Source: Eledone cirrhosa
Lineage: Eukaryota
Length of the DNA stretch: 64,000 nucleotides
Direction: 5' to 3'
Assembly: GCA_964016885.1 (NCBI GenBank)
Contig: OZ024741.1
Location: 163,990,001 to 164,054,000 of the forward strand
The translations under genes and the position numbers were made by a program. Of the stretch, positions 1 to 14,559 are shown piece by piece (the first letter of the stretch is position 1; the number at the start of each line of letters is the position of its first letter). A model generated the notes under the pieces. That model worked only from the letters and a program-made list of their open reading frames with translations, was not told where the DNA came from and did not search any database.

Positions 1-35
1 TGCTCTTTACTTCCTTATGTTTGTCCATCGACATT

Positions 36-220
36 AATAATTGTTTCTACTTTTGGCACAAGGCCAACAATTATCCCATTGTATTACTGGTACTTTATTT
101 TATCGACCTCGTAAGGATGAAAGGCAAAGTTAACCTCAGTGGGATTTGAACTCAGAGCGTAAAGGGCCATAACTCTATCCTACAAAGCATGACGTCTGAC
201 GCTCTACCGATACTGCCAAT
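36..220 (-). mobile_element. tRNA-derived SINE, family A (most abundant in window)
   Basis: Reverse complement of the family consensus seen many times here: box A-like TGGCAGTATCGGT, box B GAGTTCAAATCC, central GCCTTTCATCCTTACG.GGTCGATAAAATAAAGTACCAG (resembles the MetaSINE domain from memory), tail AGTAGAAACAATTAT. Confidence 0.85.
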
Positions 221-301
221 AATAATAACTAACTCTTTCAAGAATGTGGATCCTTTCATAAGCGTACATCATCTTCCAGCTCTTCCAGCGCGTTTCCTTG
301 A

Positions 302-438
302 CCATCCTCCAGAGAAACACCTTCTCGATTCTGTCCGCCGGGCCCCCATTTACTCATAATAGTAAGGAGAGATGGAGTGAGCAACAGAGACGGAGACAGT
401 GACAGTGAGGAGTTTGGTTTCTTTGTGTCCCGACCTTG
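302..438. repeat. Unclassified interspersed repeat, also at ~44156-44310 and reversed at ~3787-3850
   Basis: Shared CCATCCTCC..GAAAC.CCTTCTC.ATTCTGTCCGCC...GAGACGGAG.CAGT...GGAGTTTGGTT.CTTTGTGT.C.GACCT. Confidence 0.6.
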
Positions 439-558
439 CGTATATGCATATATTTATTTACTGCACCTCGTCTACGTTAATGTTTTAAAAATCACAACTA
501 CGACATATCTTTTATATTTCAGCCATCACCGTTGTTTTAATTATCTCATATATACATC

Positions 559-561
<3 letters not shown>

Positions 562-651
<90 letters not shown>
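562..651. repeat. (TG)n microsatellite
   Basis: Direct reading. Confidence 0.95.
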
Positions 652-1779
652 GCACAATGAAAATACACAATAAAAAGTCTAAGAGAGGTTCTTTATTAGT
701 TCATTGTTTTACGAGCGTTTAAGAGTTGTTGATTGATGATGGTGATCGATATATTGACTAGCAAGTAATAGTTTGGTCCCTACCTATTTATAGTTTCGAA
801 ACTCTCGATCCACCGTCTTCCTCAGAAACACCGTCTTCCTCAGAAACAATAGCACTCGCCTCCTAATCTTCTTGAAACCATCTGTGGAGTTATGCAATCC
901 ACACTCCGATCAGTCATCGGTGATGCAAACAGAATAAAGCGCTCGACAGCCTACACTAATCCACGCTTGATTTGGTAGTCCACGCCGGAGCATACATGTC
1001 AGTAAATATAGTAAAGGCCATATGAAGTTGTGTATAAATTGATTTAATTAGCTATTATATATATTTCACTGGGGTCAACGATTACCTGGCGTGATTTACA
1101 CCCATCAAACGGCCCGAGTTCATCAGATAGTAATAATAAGTTTTTCGATAGGAGAGGCCGACGTTTAGCCTGGTGCCATTGAGCTGGCCGACCCCCATAT
1201 CATTTCTATCCGTCTGTAACACTAGGGCGGAAGTGAGAGTTAGTCTCCCACTTCCGCTAGATATCAACTTTTTAGCAAGTCATAGGCATGAAAATACCTA
1301 ACATCCCCGCCTCCTCTCTATAAAGATAGTAGTCCACGTGTACTGCGAATGCAAGAAAGAAGACATATTCCTAAGCCAGGCTTTGTAAGCCTCCTTCTTT
1401 GATCAGATAGCATCTTTAACTTCCTGATTGAATAAGGAATTACATCGAAACACTTTCGCTCGCAGCATTTAACGACTGAAGTATAAACTGCCCAGTTGAA
1501 CGTCCTCATTTTGTTCAGGATGTTCTCTGAATTTGTATGCAATAGTATTCGCACAGCTGGTCCTGGTCTCATTATCTGCCAGCGTTTCCCACTTTATCAT
1601 GTAGATTTGTGGGTTTTCTTGATTTTAAGTAGTCTCAGGCTGCAGACAATTAGGTGATACTCAGTTGAAGGTTCAGTCCCTCTAAATACCAACATCCAGT
1701 ACACAATCAAAGAAATCGAAGATAATAAAAAACAAATTATTAATCTATGTGCCTTATTTCATTTACATATATATATACC

Positions 1780-1930
<151 letters not shown>

Positions 1931-1933
1931 TTT

Positions 1934-2245
1934 GAAGGCGCGTGGCTTAGAGATTAATGCATTGGGTTTCCAATCGTGGAGTTGCGCGTTCGATTTCAGG
2001 GTTGTGCAGGCCGTTCTGGAGAATAAGACTTTATTTCACGTTGCTCACGTTAACTGGAAGAAAAGTGTTGAGACACTGGCCCTTGCCTTTCTCTTGGACA
2101 ATATAACTGGTGTGGAGAAGGCTGTCTGGTATGCATGGACGACGGCCAGTCTTTCATTAAAAAGAAAATCTATCCAAGCTTGTGCCTCGAAGGGGAGCTT
2201 TCCGGGTGAAACTTCCATGGTCATTCGTGATCGAAAGGTGTCTTA
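1934..2245 (+). mobile_element. tRNA-derived SINE, family B (diverged)
   Basis: GAAGGCGCGTGGCTTAGA...GTTCGATT...AAGACTTTATTTCACGTTGCT head shared with the copy at 42923. Confidence 0.65.
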
Positions 2246-2369
2246 TATATATATATATGTGTGTGTGCGTGTGTATGTATATGTATGTGTTTGTGTGTGT
2301 GTATAAAAGACCCCTTCGGTATATACCTGTATATATATGAGCTATATATATATATATATATATATATAG

Positions 2370-2510
2370 TAGTCCAGAATTAGCCGTCGAAACGGCTTGA
2401 GCTCAGCCGTCGGGGTCCTACTCGTTCCTATTACCCACTCTACTACCCTAAGTATTGAGTTATTTGGTGCGTTATGGTCCACCTGGTTCCTTACCATATT
2501 TCCTTCGTTA
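2370..2510 (+). mobile_element. PLE-type terminal mini-element carrying the 3' half of a hammerhead (family X), in (TA)n
   Basis: AGTCCAGAATTAGCCGTC-GAAA-CGGCTTGAGCTCAGCCG-TC-GGGG; same sequence at 37015-37213 and 53778-53980. Confidence 0.7.
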
Positions 2511-2842
2511 TATATATATAGTTTCGTTCATGAAGATTATATCTACACACTGAACAGATGCAATGTTCTGACAGATTACTGAGGTGTCAAACATTAACGA
2601 ACTTCGATCCAAATTAAATAGAAAGCATGAATAGTATAGTAACAACCTCACAACATAATGACTAAGAACAATATAAAGACACGCAAGAACAGAACTATGA
2701 AGATAAATAGACAGACCCCCTGCCGCCAGACACACCCGCGCACGTACAGATAGAACACAAAAGCCAGGATAACAAGTAACTAACTAGTGACAAGTAGGGA
2801 AGAATGAAGAGAGAGAAAATAAATAAATGTATAAATAAATAA

Positions 2843-3027
2843 AGTTTCTACTTTTGGTACAAGGCCAGCAATGTTCCAGTGCATTACTGGTACTTTATTT
2901 TATCGACCCCGTAGAATGAAAGGTAAAGTTAACCCGGTGGGATTTTAAATCAGAACGTAAAGGGACATAACTATATACCGCAAAGTATAGAGTTATGGCC
3001 CTTTACCGATGCTGCCAAACCACCGCC
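2843..3027 (-). mobile_element. SINE family A
   Basis: Matches the family A consensus, diverged. Confidence 0.8.
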
Positions 3028-4593
3028 CTAAATAAATGTATAAATGAATAAATGAATAAAAACCCATACACGGATGTAACGCATGTGCAGTCCAATTACG
3101 CAGCTTACAAAGACAAGATGGTGTAAAACAGAAGAGAGAGGAGACACAAAGTAACAATAGTAGTCACTGAGGAAGCCACAGAATATATGACTAGACAACC
3201 ATCCGGTCATTAAACTAACCAATAGGAGAGTTATAACAATAAATTGAAGTAAAACCTAACTGGTGTGTTTGTTTTTATTGGCAGCATGACCCTCCCAAAG
3301 TAAAATGACCACGTGAATGTCTCATAAATGATGGTGACTGCCAATTTTAATTAGACATTTTATATGGAGGGACAAATATAACTTTGTTGGACTTGGTGTC
3401 GAAATTCTTTTTGTCAAAACTATCGGAAATTAGCGAAAATTAGTGAAAGTCAAAATTAACAGAATTTCATAATAAAAATCGTAATTAACAAAACCATTAA
3501 TTAGTAAATATAAGGATAAATAGCGAAAATTGGTATAATTAGCTAATGGAGAATCATCTGGAAAAATAGGAATAATTTGCAAAAATAAAAATATTTTCAC
3601 AACTGATGGTAATATTTAGAAAAAACAGTAATTACCATGATCTTGCTTAACTTCATAATGGAATTTTCCATGTGGGTTAATGATCGATTTTCTGTCGTAT
3701 CTTGAGAGTTTTAAGGGTTTTCACTAACACTTTGTTCAACATGTATTTAGTGATAATCCCTTGTCATTGAAACATATATATACAACAGGTCCGAACACAA
3801 AAGAACCAAACTCCCACTGTCACTACCTCCGTCTCCCGCTCTCCCCATCTCTCCATGGACACACACTCACACTGAAGTCATCCCTTGTTCAGGGATTGTA
3901 AAAGTATGATCTTCTAATCTTATATATTGTAATGGTCATGTTTACAAAGTATGTTACAATTCCTGTCGATAATAGTGTCATTTCCAGGTTTTCGAGAGAC
4001 ATAGCCATACATAAACTTCATGATTTATTCCATGGTCTCAGAAGCTGTCGGGGGTAAGGGATTACGTTATCCTAAGGCAAGAGACTTGATCATAATGCTT
4101 AGTACAGAATGTACCCCGCTAAAGTCACGCGTGTGCTAGATAGGGATGTTAAATCAGAGTACGGATTTTTTTTTTTAACCCAATAAAAGGAAACGTCCTC
4201 GTCCAATGGCTTTAACTACAGTTTCTATCTACCAGTTTCTATTGGTAACAAAGTATTTCTTCTCCAAATATGGAACATCTTTGAGAACTGAACGGTTTGG
4301 GAGGAGTTTAACTCCCGACTAGTAAGGTGTTGCTCACATGTTTATCCCGTTGTTGATGTAATTGACTTTACTATTATTTAGTGGATACCCTCAGAACGAC
4401 ACCACACAACACTCGATGTCTAGCTGGACTGATGCTAAGGCATCTTAATTTTTTCTTTGGGGAGAGAGTGGGAGAGGGAGAGAGGGCGAAAAAGAGAGAG
4501 AGGGGGAGAGAGAGCTTCTAACTGATGCTAGGAGCTTACGGGTTTTAATATCAATGGAGCGCATTTCCAATAAGATCATGTAAAGTATAAAAA

Positions 4594-4810
4594 ATAATTG
4601 TTTCTACTTTTGGCACAAGGCCAGGAATTACTCCAGTGTATTACTGGTACTTTATTTTATCGATCCCGTAAGGATGAAAGATAATTGACCCCGTGAATAT
4701 GAAAGGCAAAGTTAACCTCGGCGGGATTTGAACTCAGACCATAAAGGGACATAACTCTATGCTGCAAAGCATGTTGTCTGACGCTCTATCAATATTTTCA
4801 ATGTACCGCC
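4594..4810 (-). mobile_element. SINE family A with a short internal duplication
   Basis: Matches the consensus; GACCCCGT..ATGAAAG segment present twice. Confidence 0.8.
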
Positions 4811-5439
4811 TGTTGTATTGGTACTACTAACACAACAAGCATTTTGAAGGCCATTTTCTCTGATCATGCAACAATTAACATTGTCTATATCCTGATAGGT
4901 TGCAAACTCAAATGAGATTCTTTGTGTGACATTGTTCAGCAGTTAGATACTGTCTAATATGATATTGTTGTAAGAGGAAAGTTTCAAAGGCCCTAATTTT
5001 AACTTTAGTATAATACTCTTTTCACTCTATTTTTATTTGCTGTAACGTTGTATGATACAATTTCACCACTACCTACATCTTTGTAGCACTCACTCTATGA
5101 AACAAGGTAGGCAGAGTGATCATGTTAATGTATTTAGCTTGGAGAGCGGGTTTTCAATTTTCAAAACTTCAATATAGATATTTATTTTACCATAATCCAA
5201 TTCCTCTATCAATGTTATTATTTAAGCTCATCTGTTTCTCAAAATCTTCACAAAAACAAGTTGCGAGCCATATTGTTGTTTCTTCTTGTTGTAAACCCTA
5301 ACGCATACCATATATATCGTATATATCGTATATATATATATATCTTGAAGACGATCGACTTTCGTCAAATCGGACCGAGGGAACAATGTTTCCGTTGGTC
5401 TTTCCAATTGCTAATACTATCTATCGGTCGCAACTCCAG

Positions 5440-5564
5440 GTAGAAGGAGCAACGTGAAATAAAGTGTCTTGCTCAAGGACATAACGCATCGCCTGGTCCA
5501 GGAATAGAACTCACAACCTTACGATTGCGAATCCAATTCTCTAACCACTCAGCCACACGCCTTC

Positions 5565-5565
<1 letters not shown>
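5440..5565 (-). mobile_element. SINE family B, 5' part
   Basis: GGAGCAACGTGAAATAAAGTGTCTTGCTCAAGGAC...CTAACCACTCAGCCACACGCCTTC. Confidence 0.7.
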
Positions 5566-5610
<45 letters not shown>

Positions 5611-6250
5611 AAGTTTTCTTTGTGGAGCGAGAGACACCTATTCTTCATTAAGACATGTCTCTAGAAGGTCACTTTAATATAAAGCCTGCGACTTTGTTTG
5701 CATCCAATGATGTAGACCAGTTCTTTTTTTTTGGGGGGGGGGGGGTTAAATGCATTCGATGTTCAGAGATTGGGATTGGCTCCGTGCAAAGCCCTTCCTG
5801 ACTTAAAAAAAGCTTCAAGCTCAGGCATCGCTTGATATGTAACATTTTTTGCGATGCATGGTATTGCTGGCCGTATACAAGTCTCTAACAGGACTAAAAA
5901 GCCACGTCCGTGATGGTCATGCTTAAGTATCAAGCGATAGTATTACTCTAAATCGAGTATGTATACACTCACACATAAAATCGACACTAATATACACACA
6001 CATTTCACTTAGCCTTCCTATTTACGTTACCAAGACTGCCTAACGGTTTGTTCTGTTTCTTTTCATTATTTTCGTTTTTCTTTTACTACTGACAACCTTT
6101 TATTTTCTATGTCTATCCTTTGTGATCCTGTCTCTAATTTTTTAACTCCTAAAGAAGGGCTAAATCGCGACACGTCAAACTTTCTTCCCTTTTTTTCCAT
6201 ATAAAACGTGAAACTAATAAGACTTTTTGTATGTTTTGTCGTTTCCTTGA

Positions 6251-6302
<52 letters not shown>

Positions 6303-6342
6303 CGATATTAACAAATGGAAACTATATTTATAAAACCATATT

Positions 6343-6407
6343 TATTTTATTATACATATTTCAAGGATACCATGTTAAATTATGGTATGCCTTCATCAGA
6401 CAAAATA
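6343..6407 (-). ncRNA. Type I hammerhead ribozyme (PLE-type, minimal stem III)
   Basis: Minus strand: TATTTTGT-CTGATGA-AGGCATACCAT..ATGGTATCCTT-GAAA-TATGTA-TA-ATAAAATA; stems I and II pair, stem III near-palindromic. Confidence 0.75.
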
Positions 6408-6516
6408 CAATATATACCAGTTTTATAAATAAACATTGACGTACCTTTTCAAAATGCAACCGTTACTTTTATAAAAATATTTGCTTGTTGTATCCCAACA
6501 ATTTAAATAGAACTTT

Positions 6517-6575
<59 letters not shown>

Positions 6576-7239
6576 AAATGGTAAACAGAAATAACAACAC
6601 AATCGGTACAGTATAGAGAAGGGATATATTATATATATATATATATGTATGTGTACGTAGATACATGTATATATGGTATATATGTATATATATGTACGCA
6701 TGGGTGTGCGTATGTATGTAACTATGCATCTTCACATATTTGTCTCTCTCACTCTCTCCCTCTCTTTCCCTCATTCTCTCTCCTGCTGTCTCTACCCCCC
6801 CCCCCCCTCTCTCTCTTTCTTTCACTCTTTCTCTCTCTCCCGTTGTCTTTGTCTCCATCTCTCTCTCACTCTGTCCCTCTCTTTCACTCTTTCTCTATCT
6901 CCCTCTGTCTCTGTCTCTCTCCCACTCTCTCCCTCTCTTTCACTCTCATTCACTCTATTTGTTTCTCCCCCCCCCCATCTCACTCTCTCTGCTTTTCTGA
7001 TTGAGTAACGTAAGAATGAGCATTATGACGTCAAACAAATATTTCAGAAGAATTATTCTTTTAGATCATTCAATGCTTATTTAATATATAGGTTTAACTG
7101 TTGGCAGTAATGTTTTCTGGCAGCTATGTGCTGGCATCAACGGTTTTCGTCCAGCTCCATTAGTTATTCGCGATTCCAACACAGATATTGTACGCCGAAA
7201 TATATGTGATTAAATTCATATCTTTCAATACACTCACAC

Positions 7240-7390
<151 letters not shown>

Positions 7391-9171
7391 TGTCACGAGA
7401 TTTTTGTGCCAAATCTAAGGTTTCGGATTTTATGTAAGTATTATTATTTTTGTCTTTGTCTTGGCGAAAGTCCAATTTCTGTACAGAAAGAAATTGCAGT
7501 CGTTTGAATTAACACAATTATATAACTGGTCATTTATTTCATTAATGTTTGAGAGATGAAAAGGGAAAATGACCGTAGCTGTAATTGAAATGTAATATCT
7601 TACGCGTTTAAATGGTGTAAAACCTTTCTCGAAACCGGCACTCGACTGATTCAGCTATTTAATCCTCTTTGCAATAAACATTAAATCTAGTATGAGAAGA
7701 CCGTTTGTTTCAAAACAAATCCGCGAAGGATATTACCTTCATTTTCGTGTAATCATTTTGAATATAAACCAACATGTCAGATTTTCTCGAAAGACCTCAA
7801 TGTATGCATTTAAACAACCGTTAGAGTACGACAAAATATCTTGCGGTATGTTTTCCGAATCTTTTCATCCTGAGATCAAATCCCCTCAAGATCGGATTTG
7901 GCTGTCATTCTTTCGGTTCCGACATAATAAAATGCCAGTCCAGGGCAACGGATTGGTGAAATTGTCTCCGTTAGCAGAGTTCATTTGATGCAAGAATTCG
8001 GGCTATATATCTGTTTTTGAGAATAACTTCTTCCTTCCCTCTACCGTCTGGAAGTTTTTGAAAAATATCTGATCCTATTTACTCTCCTTCGCTCTCTGGC
8101 TAAGCGATAAAAAATGAAATGTTTCATTAAATGAAAACAGGATGTCACTGACCTTTGGGAATATTTGGAACCCATAATTATATCTCAATGTAGGGATTAA
8201 AATCTAGTCTAGTCCATACTGATCTAGAATCAACCTCAAGTTTATCGCAATCTGAGATATATCCAATAATCTTCTATATCCAATTCTAGTTAATAACTTT
8301 CGATCCATCAAATATTTGCCAATATGCTTTATTTATGTTCACGGTATAAACTTTGTGTTTGGCGTTAGCGTAAGAGATTCCCACTCCATTTTAATTGTGA
8401 TGCTTTTAAGTCCCTACCGATCTTAACCGTCACCTGCTTGATATTTTTGTTACTCATGATTTTTAAGCCCTTCTATACTGAGGCAAGTAAATTTAAATGT
8501 ATGAATCGACCACCAACCATTGTTTATGATTTATTTTAATTTACTTTTAATTTCTGCAATGATGCCCAGTAAGATATCAATGATCCTTTTGACGCCAAAC
8601 CGCCTGGACCTACAATGAAAAACTTACATTTTTTTAAGTGCCTTCCGTCGTACTTTTATGTGATGACCTTGTTAAGCTATGTTCCAAACGCCATCTTAAT
8701 AACGAGAAGTTTATTTTACTAAATTCCTCCAAATGGATATTGTTTTCAAAATTATTTGAATATCATACTGAAAGACTTGCATTAGAAATATAGTAATGAA
8801 TACAGGTGATTAAGCTTCATAATATCTATTTTCATAGATGTTTACACATCTAACATCTACGAATTTTACCTAAGTTCAAAATATATTTATGTGTGTGTGT
8901 GCATGTGTAAATATAGAAGGAATTAGTTCTGAATATCATTACAAAAGAAAAAAATAGCTAAATTCGAACACAAAATCTGTAGATTTGTGCTACATATCTT
9001 AAAACTATCTTTATCAATGTCAGACGTTAGACAACTACCTGCGTTGAACAGTATTTTCTACTGTCAATGAACATATATTTCATACAATATGCAAGTACCA
9101 CGAATCTGGGTGACAAGGCTTGACTGAAACAAATATTTACATATCGGCAACATTCAGAACTAGATGTAAAT

Positions 9172-9738
9172 TATAATTGTTTCTACTTTTGGCACAAGGC
9201 CAACAATTATCCCAGTGTATTACTGGTACTTTATTTTATCGACCCCGTAAGGATGAAAGGCAAAGTTACCCTCGGCGGGATTTGAACTCAGACCGTAAAG
9301 GGCCGTAACTCTATACTGCATAGCATTATAATTTACTCGAGGGCGGTGGATTGGCAGTATCGGTAGAGCGTCGGACGCCATGCTTTGCAGCAAAGAGTTA
9401 CGATCCTCTATGATCTGAGTTCAAATCCCGCCGAGGTTAACTTTCCCTTTCATCCTTACGGGGTCGATAAAATAAAGTACCAGTAATGCACTGGGTAATT
9501 GCTGGCCTTGTGCTAAAAGTAGAAACAATTATAATTTACTCGATATAAATTATAATTGTTTCTACTTTTGGCACAAGGCCAGCAATTATCCAGTGTATTA
9601 CTGGTACTTTATGTTATCGACCCCGTAAGGATGAAAGACAAAGTTAACCTCCGCGGGATTTGAACTCAGATCATAAAGGGACGTAACTCTATGCTTCAAA
9701 GTATGGTGTCCGACTCTCTACGGATACTGCCAATCCAC
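9172..9738. mobile_element. Cluster of three family A SINEs in alternating orientation (-,+,-)
   Basis: Copies at ~9172-9326(-), 9341-9535(+), 9551-9738(-); ATTATAATTTACTCGA flanks the middle copy on both sides. Confidence 0.85.
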
Positions 9739-10145
9739 TAGATATAAATTATAATGTGAGTCAATATTGTGTTCTTCTTGCAATTGCCTGCATTTGAATG
9801 CTTAGCGAGTATACGGTGAAGGAATTGGTAGAGATATTATGTAAACGCGCTCTTCTTGACCCCATCGATTCACTAGGTTCTGGGAGATGGGAAGAAACGC
9901 CCCAATACATGATTCGAACATTTACACTGAGGGGCTGGAGGGCAAAGTCGACCTCGGTGAGATTTGAAACAAGAGTTCAGAGTGAAAAGAAACACCACAA
10001 AGCATCCTATCCGACCGACCACCCTATGTTTAATAAATATATGTCCAGTATCAGGAGCCCAATTGTTCTTTATTTTATTTTTTTATTCTGTTCAATTACC
10101 GAAAATTCCGAGCTGAAGTCGAGAGAAACAGAAAGAGCGATTGAA

Positions 10146-10332
10146 ATAATTGTTTCTAGTTTTGGCACAAGGCCAGCAATTATCCAGTACATTACTGGTA
10201 CTTTATTTTATCGACCCCGTAAGGATGAAAGGCAAAGTTAAGCTCGGCGGGATTTGAACTCAGAATGGCAAGGGCCGTAACTCTATGCGTCAAAGCATGG
10301 TGTCCGACCCTCTACCGATACTGCCAATCCAC
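10146..10332 (-). mobile_element. SINE family A with a 16-bp target-site duplication
   Basis: GAGCGATTGAAATAAT at 10135-10150 and 10333-10348. Confidence 0.9.
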
Positions 10333-11509
10333 GAGCGATTGAAATAATGACAGGCAAATTTGACCTTGGTGTTATTTGAAATCAGAAGGCAAAGAGTAAG
10401 AGCAAATGACGTTCCCAACCCTCTTGCAAAGTACCGCCTGTATTGCTATACGTTACTGAAAGTAACGTATAGCAATACATCTTCTCGGAATTGTGTTTAG
10501 CTGCATTTTTTCGGGGGGGGGGGGGGCGGTCGTTTATGTGTAATAAATAAAACCTATCCAGTCTCGATAGCCCAATTGTTTCTTTTTTTTAAATTCTAAT
10601 CTTATTTCATCGTACTTCTACTTAAACCTCAATACATAATTCCCACACGTATGTATATTTATATTTGCACACATTCTATGCTGCCAGTATATTAAAATAT
10701 TTACATCAAAATATTTTCATAGCTCTCTGAACGCAATTTATTTCGTGTAAACTTCAAATATCTTACACTTTACATGACAGGAATGATGGATGTTTCCTAG
10801 AGGACAAATAAAAAAAATAACATTGTTGTGAAGGAATATCAACAACAAGTTGATTTATTTTCATAATTATATTTCAATAAAATAATCAAAAGCAAATTTG
10901 TGAATATATTTCACCTATAGTTTGATTCCTTTTCATTATCATTTTTCTGATGTGAGGGGCATGGGTTCCCTAGGGGCTGTGGTATCAACCTGTTTTTACT
11001 TCTCTTGAAATCAGTCCCCACACAAGCTAGTCATTTTTGTAATAAGAAATCATATGCAGAATGTTGTTATTATGGACGATAAGTTTCTTGTTTCTTCTGT
11101 ATGTAAAAACATTGTCTGCTATTTTTGTATACATTCACTTGTGTTTGTATACCCTTACTGGTGTTCTTTGTAAATACTTAATCCTGACCGTATATGTACA
11201 GCTATTCGATTCTATTTATTGATCAAAAAGAAATCAATAACAGCGAAAGTAATCGTATTGAAAGTGTCGTTAATATTTTTGAGCATGACAGATTCAGTAC
11301 AGATGATCTTTGACGAAAATATATTAAAAGATTATATTACAGTAAACTATTCCGTGGAGGTGTGTATTACCTTTGAAGATTAATAAATGCGACATTCTAG
11401 GAAAACCGAATGAAATGTTATTTCTATTCGATAAAACTTTATAATAAATAGAATCTATATAGCTTTTGGGGGATATGTTTATATATTTCAGAAGTGAATG
11501 GAAGTGTAT

Positions 11510-11805
11510 GAATTCAATACGTTGGACAGCCGTCGTTTCCGATAACTGACTCGGTCAGTTGAGCTGCCTATTCGCAAAATTAACGTGAAAGTGACCGAGC
11601 ATTCCACAGACACATAACGTATTGCTGAGAGGAATTCATCGTAACAGGATGCGTAACAACAAAGCTTGCCCATTGAATCACATTTACAAGTTATTTTGTC
11701 AGCTGAGTGAATTGGAGCAACGTGAAATAAAATCTTCTGCTCAAAGACAACTTGCCGCCCAGCTCATGGGACAAACTCTCTAACCACTAAGCCTAGCGCC
11801 TTCAC
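11510..11805 (-). mobile_element. SINE family B
   Basis: Reverse complement similar to 42923-43250. Confidence 0.65.
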
Positions 11806-12032
11806 ATGAGTTAGTTCAATATATGTTTCTTTCGGTTGCTGAATACAATCAGGGGTCGCTGCTTCTCCTGAAGGTCAATGGTTCTCTTCTAACTTGAGCG
11901 GGAGCGCCTTTCCATTGTCAATTTGCATTAATCATCTGCAAAGCCACATTGTTCTCAGAAGCACTATACCAGTCTTTCGATGCGTGCAGCTGGAACTACA
12001 ACCATTGATTTGGCAGTATTTTTTTTTTTTTA

Positions 12033-12215
12033 GATGGCCGTTGACTCTTATGAGTTCTTCCGCCCTTTGTCATATTTGTGTTTTGTCCTGCAGGGTGTCC
12101 AAAATCACCCTTCTCACCAAGTAAACTTGGTGGGGTTGCCGGTTTAGTCGCCGACGACCCGACCATGAGACAGGTTGTACTGGGTTACATGTTACCAATA
12201 GCACTCAAGACTGAC
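12033..12215 (-). mobile_element. Interspersed repeat, probably a LINE (RTE-like) 5' end; matches 57483-57670
   Basis: Reverse complement of GGTAACATGTA.CCCAGTACAACCTGTCTCATGGTCGGGTCG...GAGTCAA.GGCCATC; class assignment is inference. Confidence 0.6.
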
Positions 12216-14559
12216 TTGACTATAGCTCAATATAATCTGTCAAAAACTAATGACATGGAATTTCGAGAATGATAGGAAAATGAATAAATACCTTCCTCAG
12301 TAATAGAACGTTCAGAGTAGTAGTAAATGGAACTTTCTCAAATGATTAAGAAATGAACGAGACGACGCTGCGTGTTTACTCCTCATCAATAATATTGAAA
12401 ACCAGTTCGTAGATAACACAAATATTTTGAAACTAATCAAAAGACCAAATGACGAAAATATCTTATTAAATGGTCATAACAAACTGTTGAAATGGTCAGA
12501 AGAAAAACAATATGGAATTTAATAGAAAATAATTCCATCGTTTAAGATATTCCATAAAAACACAAACAAGCAGCACAAGAGATCTATAAAATCTAGAAAA
12601 GAAACACAAGAGACAGAAAACCGCTAACAAAGTTCAAACAAAAAGAACTTAAGTAAAAGATCTATGCAGATTAATGGCAGGATGCCTATCCTTTAGGCCA
12701 GACATTGACACACATTTTGGTGAGATACTTAATACCTTTGAATCAAGAATCAGTATCATAGTAAGGAGATTATACCAAAACATGATTCGCCTCTATCTGA
12801 AGTACAATTTAATATTGGTATTACAAACCTTAAAGAAAGAGATAGCAATCTTCGAAAATATGAAAGATCAGTAACATATAAATATGTCCTGTTGATTATT
12901 GGGAGTGATTGAAAGAACTGAAAAACGAAGAGAGTGATATACCATTCTATATTTCTGAATAATATTGTAAAACCTGGTAAATTGATATGACAAGGACGAC
13001 CACAATTTCCAGCAGTGATGAATAAAAAGGAAACCTTTGAAAAGGAATGAAAAGGAAAACTTTGCAGAATCTCTCTTCTGAACACCACTTACTAAAAAAG
13101 CAAACACAGAACCTGGGGAAGAATTTATATCAAAGTAGAAGTTCAAAACATATTTCAAAAAAACATCAGAAACCAGATATCTTGAGATCAGGCCCTTCAA
13201 TAACTTCAACGCTTAACCTTAATTCATCAATCAGGTGCAGAGTGAATATCTGAATGATATCTCATGTTGAAACCGCGAGTGGAAAGGGGTCATAACACGA
13301 AAAATATGTTGAGCTTTTTTCAAAAGAAAGCGTTTCTTGTTTAATAATTGTTTCTACTTTAGGCACAAGGCCAGCAATTATCCAGTTCATTACTGGTACT
13401 TTATTTTATCGACCCCGTAAGGATGAAAGGCAAAGTCAACCTCTAATAATACGAATGGCTATGATGTTGCGTTTCTGTTTCTGTGTGTTTGGTTTGTTGG
13501 TAATAATTCGAATAGCTGATTTCTTGCAGGCATGTATATTTTACCTCTTATGGTAACATTTTGTCATTATTTGCTTTGAAATAATAGCTGTTTAACGTTA
13601 AATGATATACATAGGAGAGGAAAAGAAAATCCACCTTATGATCTGATTTCTACAACATTAAATATTGCTGAGTTAGTTTGATGTCATGTATATATTATAT
13701 TTGTGTTGGGTCTTAGAAGATTGTTATTTCTGGCCAATTACTATATTTCATAGGTTTGCGATAGTTTCATTATAAAACAAGTAGTACACTTTGAAAACAT
13801 TGAAGTTAATGAACTAACTTTATTTCAAATCTGGAAGTATCGTTGTTGAGTAGAAGTTAAAGAAACATTTGGAAGAATCGTTGTTGAGAAGTTAAAGAAA
13901 CATTTATTTCAAAGTGATACAAATGTCTTAAACGTTATTCCGATTGTATATTGTAGCGCTATTTGCTGTCACTTGGAAAATATTTTTACATTTTACTTTG
14001 CTTGCTCTCTTCCCACCTCTGTCTTTAGTTTGGTCACGTATTTTTGTATTTATGTATCTGATTTTTTTAAAATTATATCTTACATTAGGAGTGCATGTAT
14101 GTATTGGTGAGAATGTGTGTATGTGTGTGTGTATACATATATACATGCATATAGATCTCTAAGATTTTCCACTGGAACACCCTGGTACATATGTATATAT
14201 TTATTTATCATACCACATTAACTATATATAAGGTTGAGGTTAACTTTGCCTTTCATCCTTACAGGGTCGATAAAATAAAGTACCAGTAATGCACTGGGGT
14301 AATTGCTGGCCTTGTGCCAAAAGTAGAAACAATTATTATACTTTAGAATTACTTCAACAAAATCTTAATGCTTTATGACGTAATTATCCTTGCTCAATAA
14401 TTGTGATTAATTTTGAAAATGTCTTTATTTTAACAAATCTGTTTTTATTTAAACAGATTTGTATGTCAACTATGTTTTACAAACAATGTTATACAATGAT
14501 GGAAAATATTGAAAAGAGATAAAAACAAAATTATTTAATGAAAAAAGGGGGAATAGGGA

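Noticed and set aside
785-848. Minus-strand CTGAGGA..GAAA with a 20-bp tandem duplication
   Set aside because: No convincing stem I or III; similar decayed candidates near 3168-3210 and 6149-6176 were also not counted.
1078-1132. Minus-strand CTGATGA with a stem II-like hairpin
   Set aside because: GAAA is replaced by GTAA and stem I is mismatched; at best a decayed HHR.
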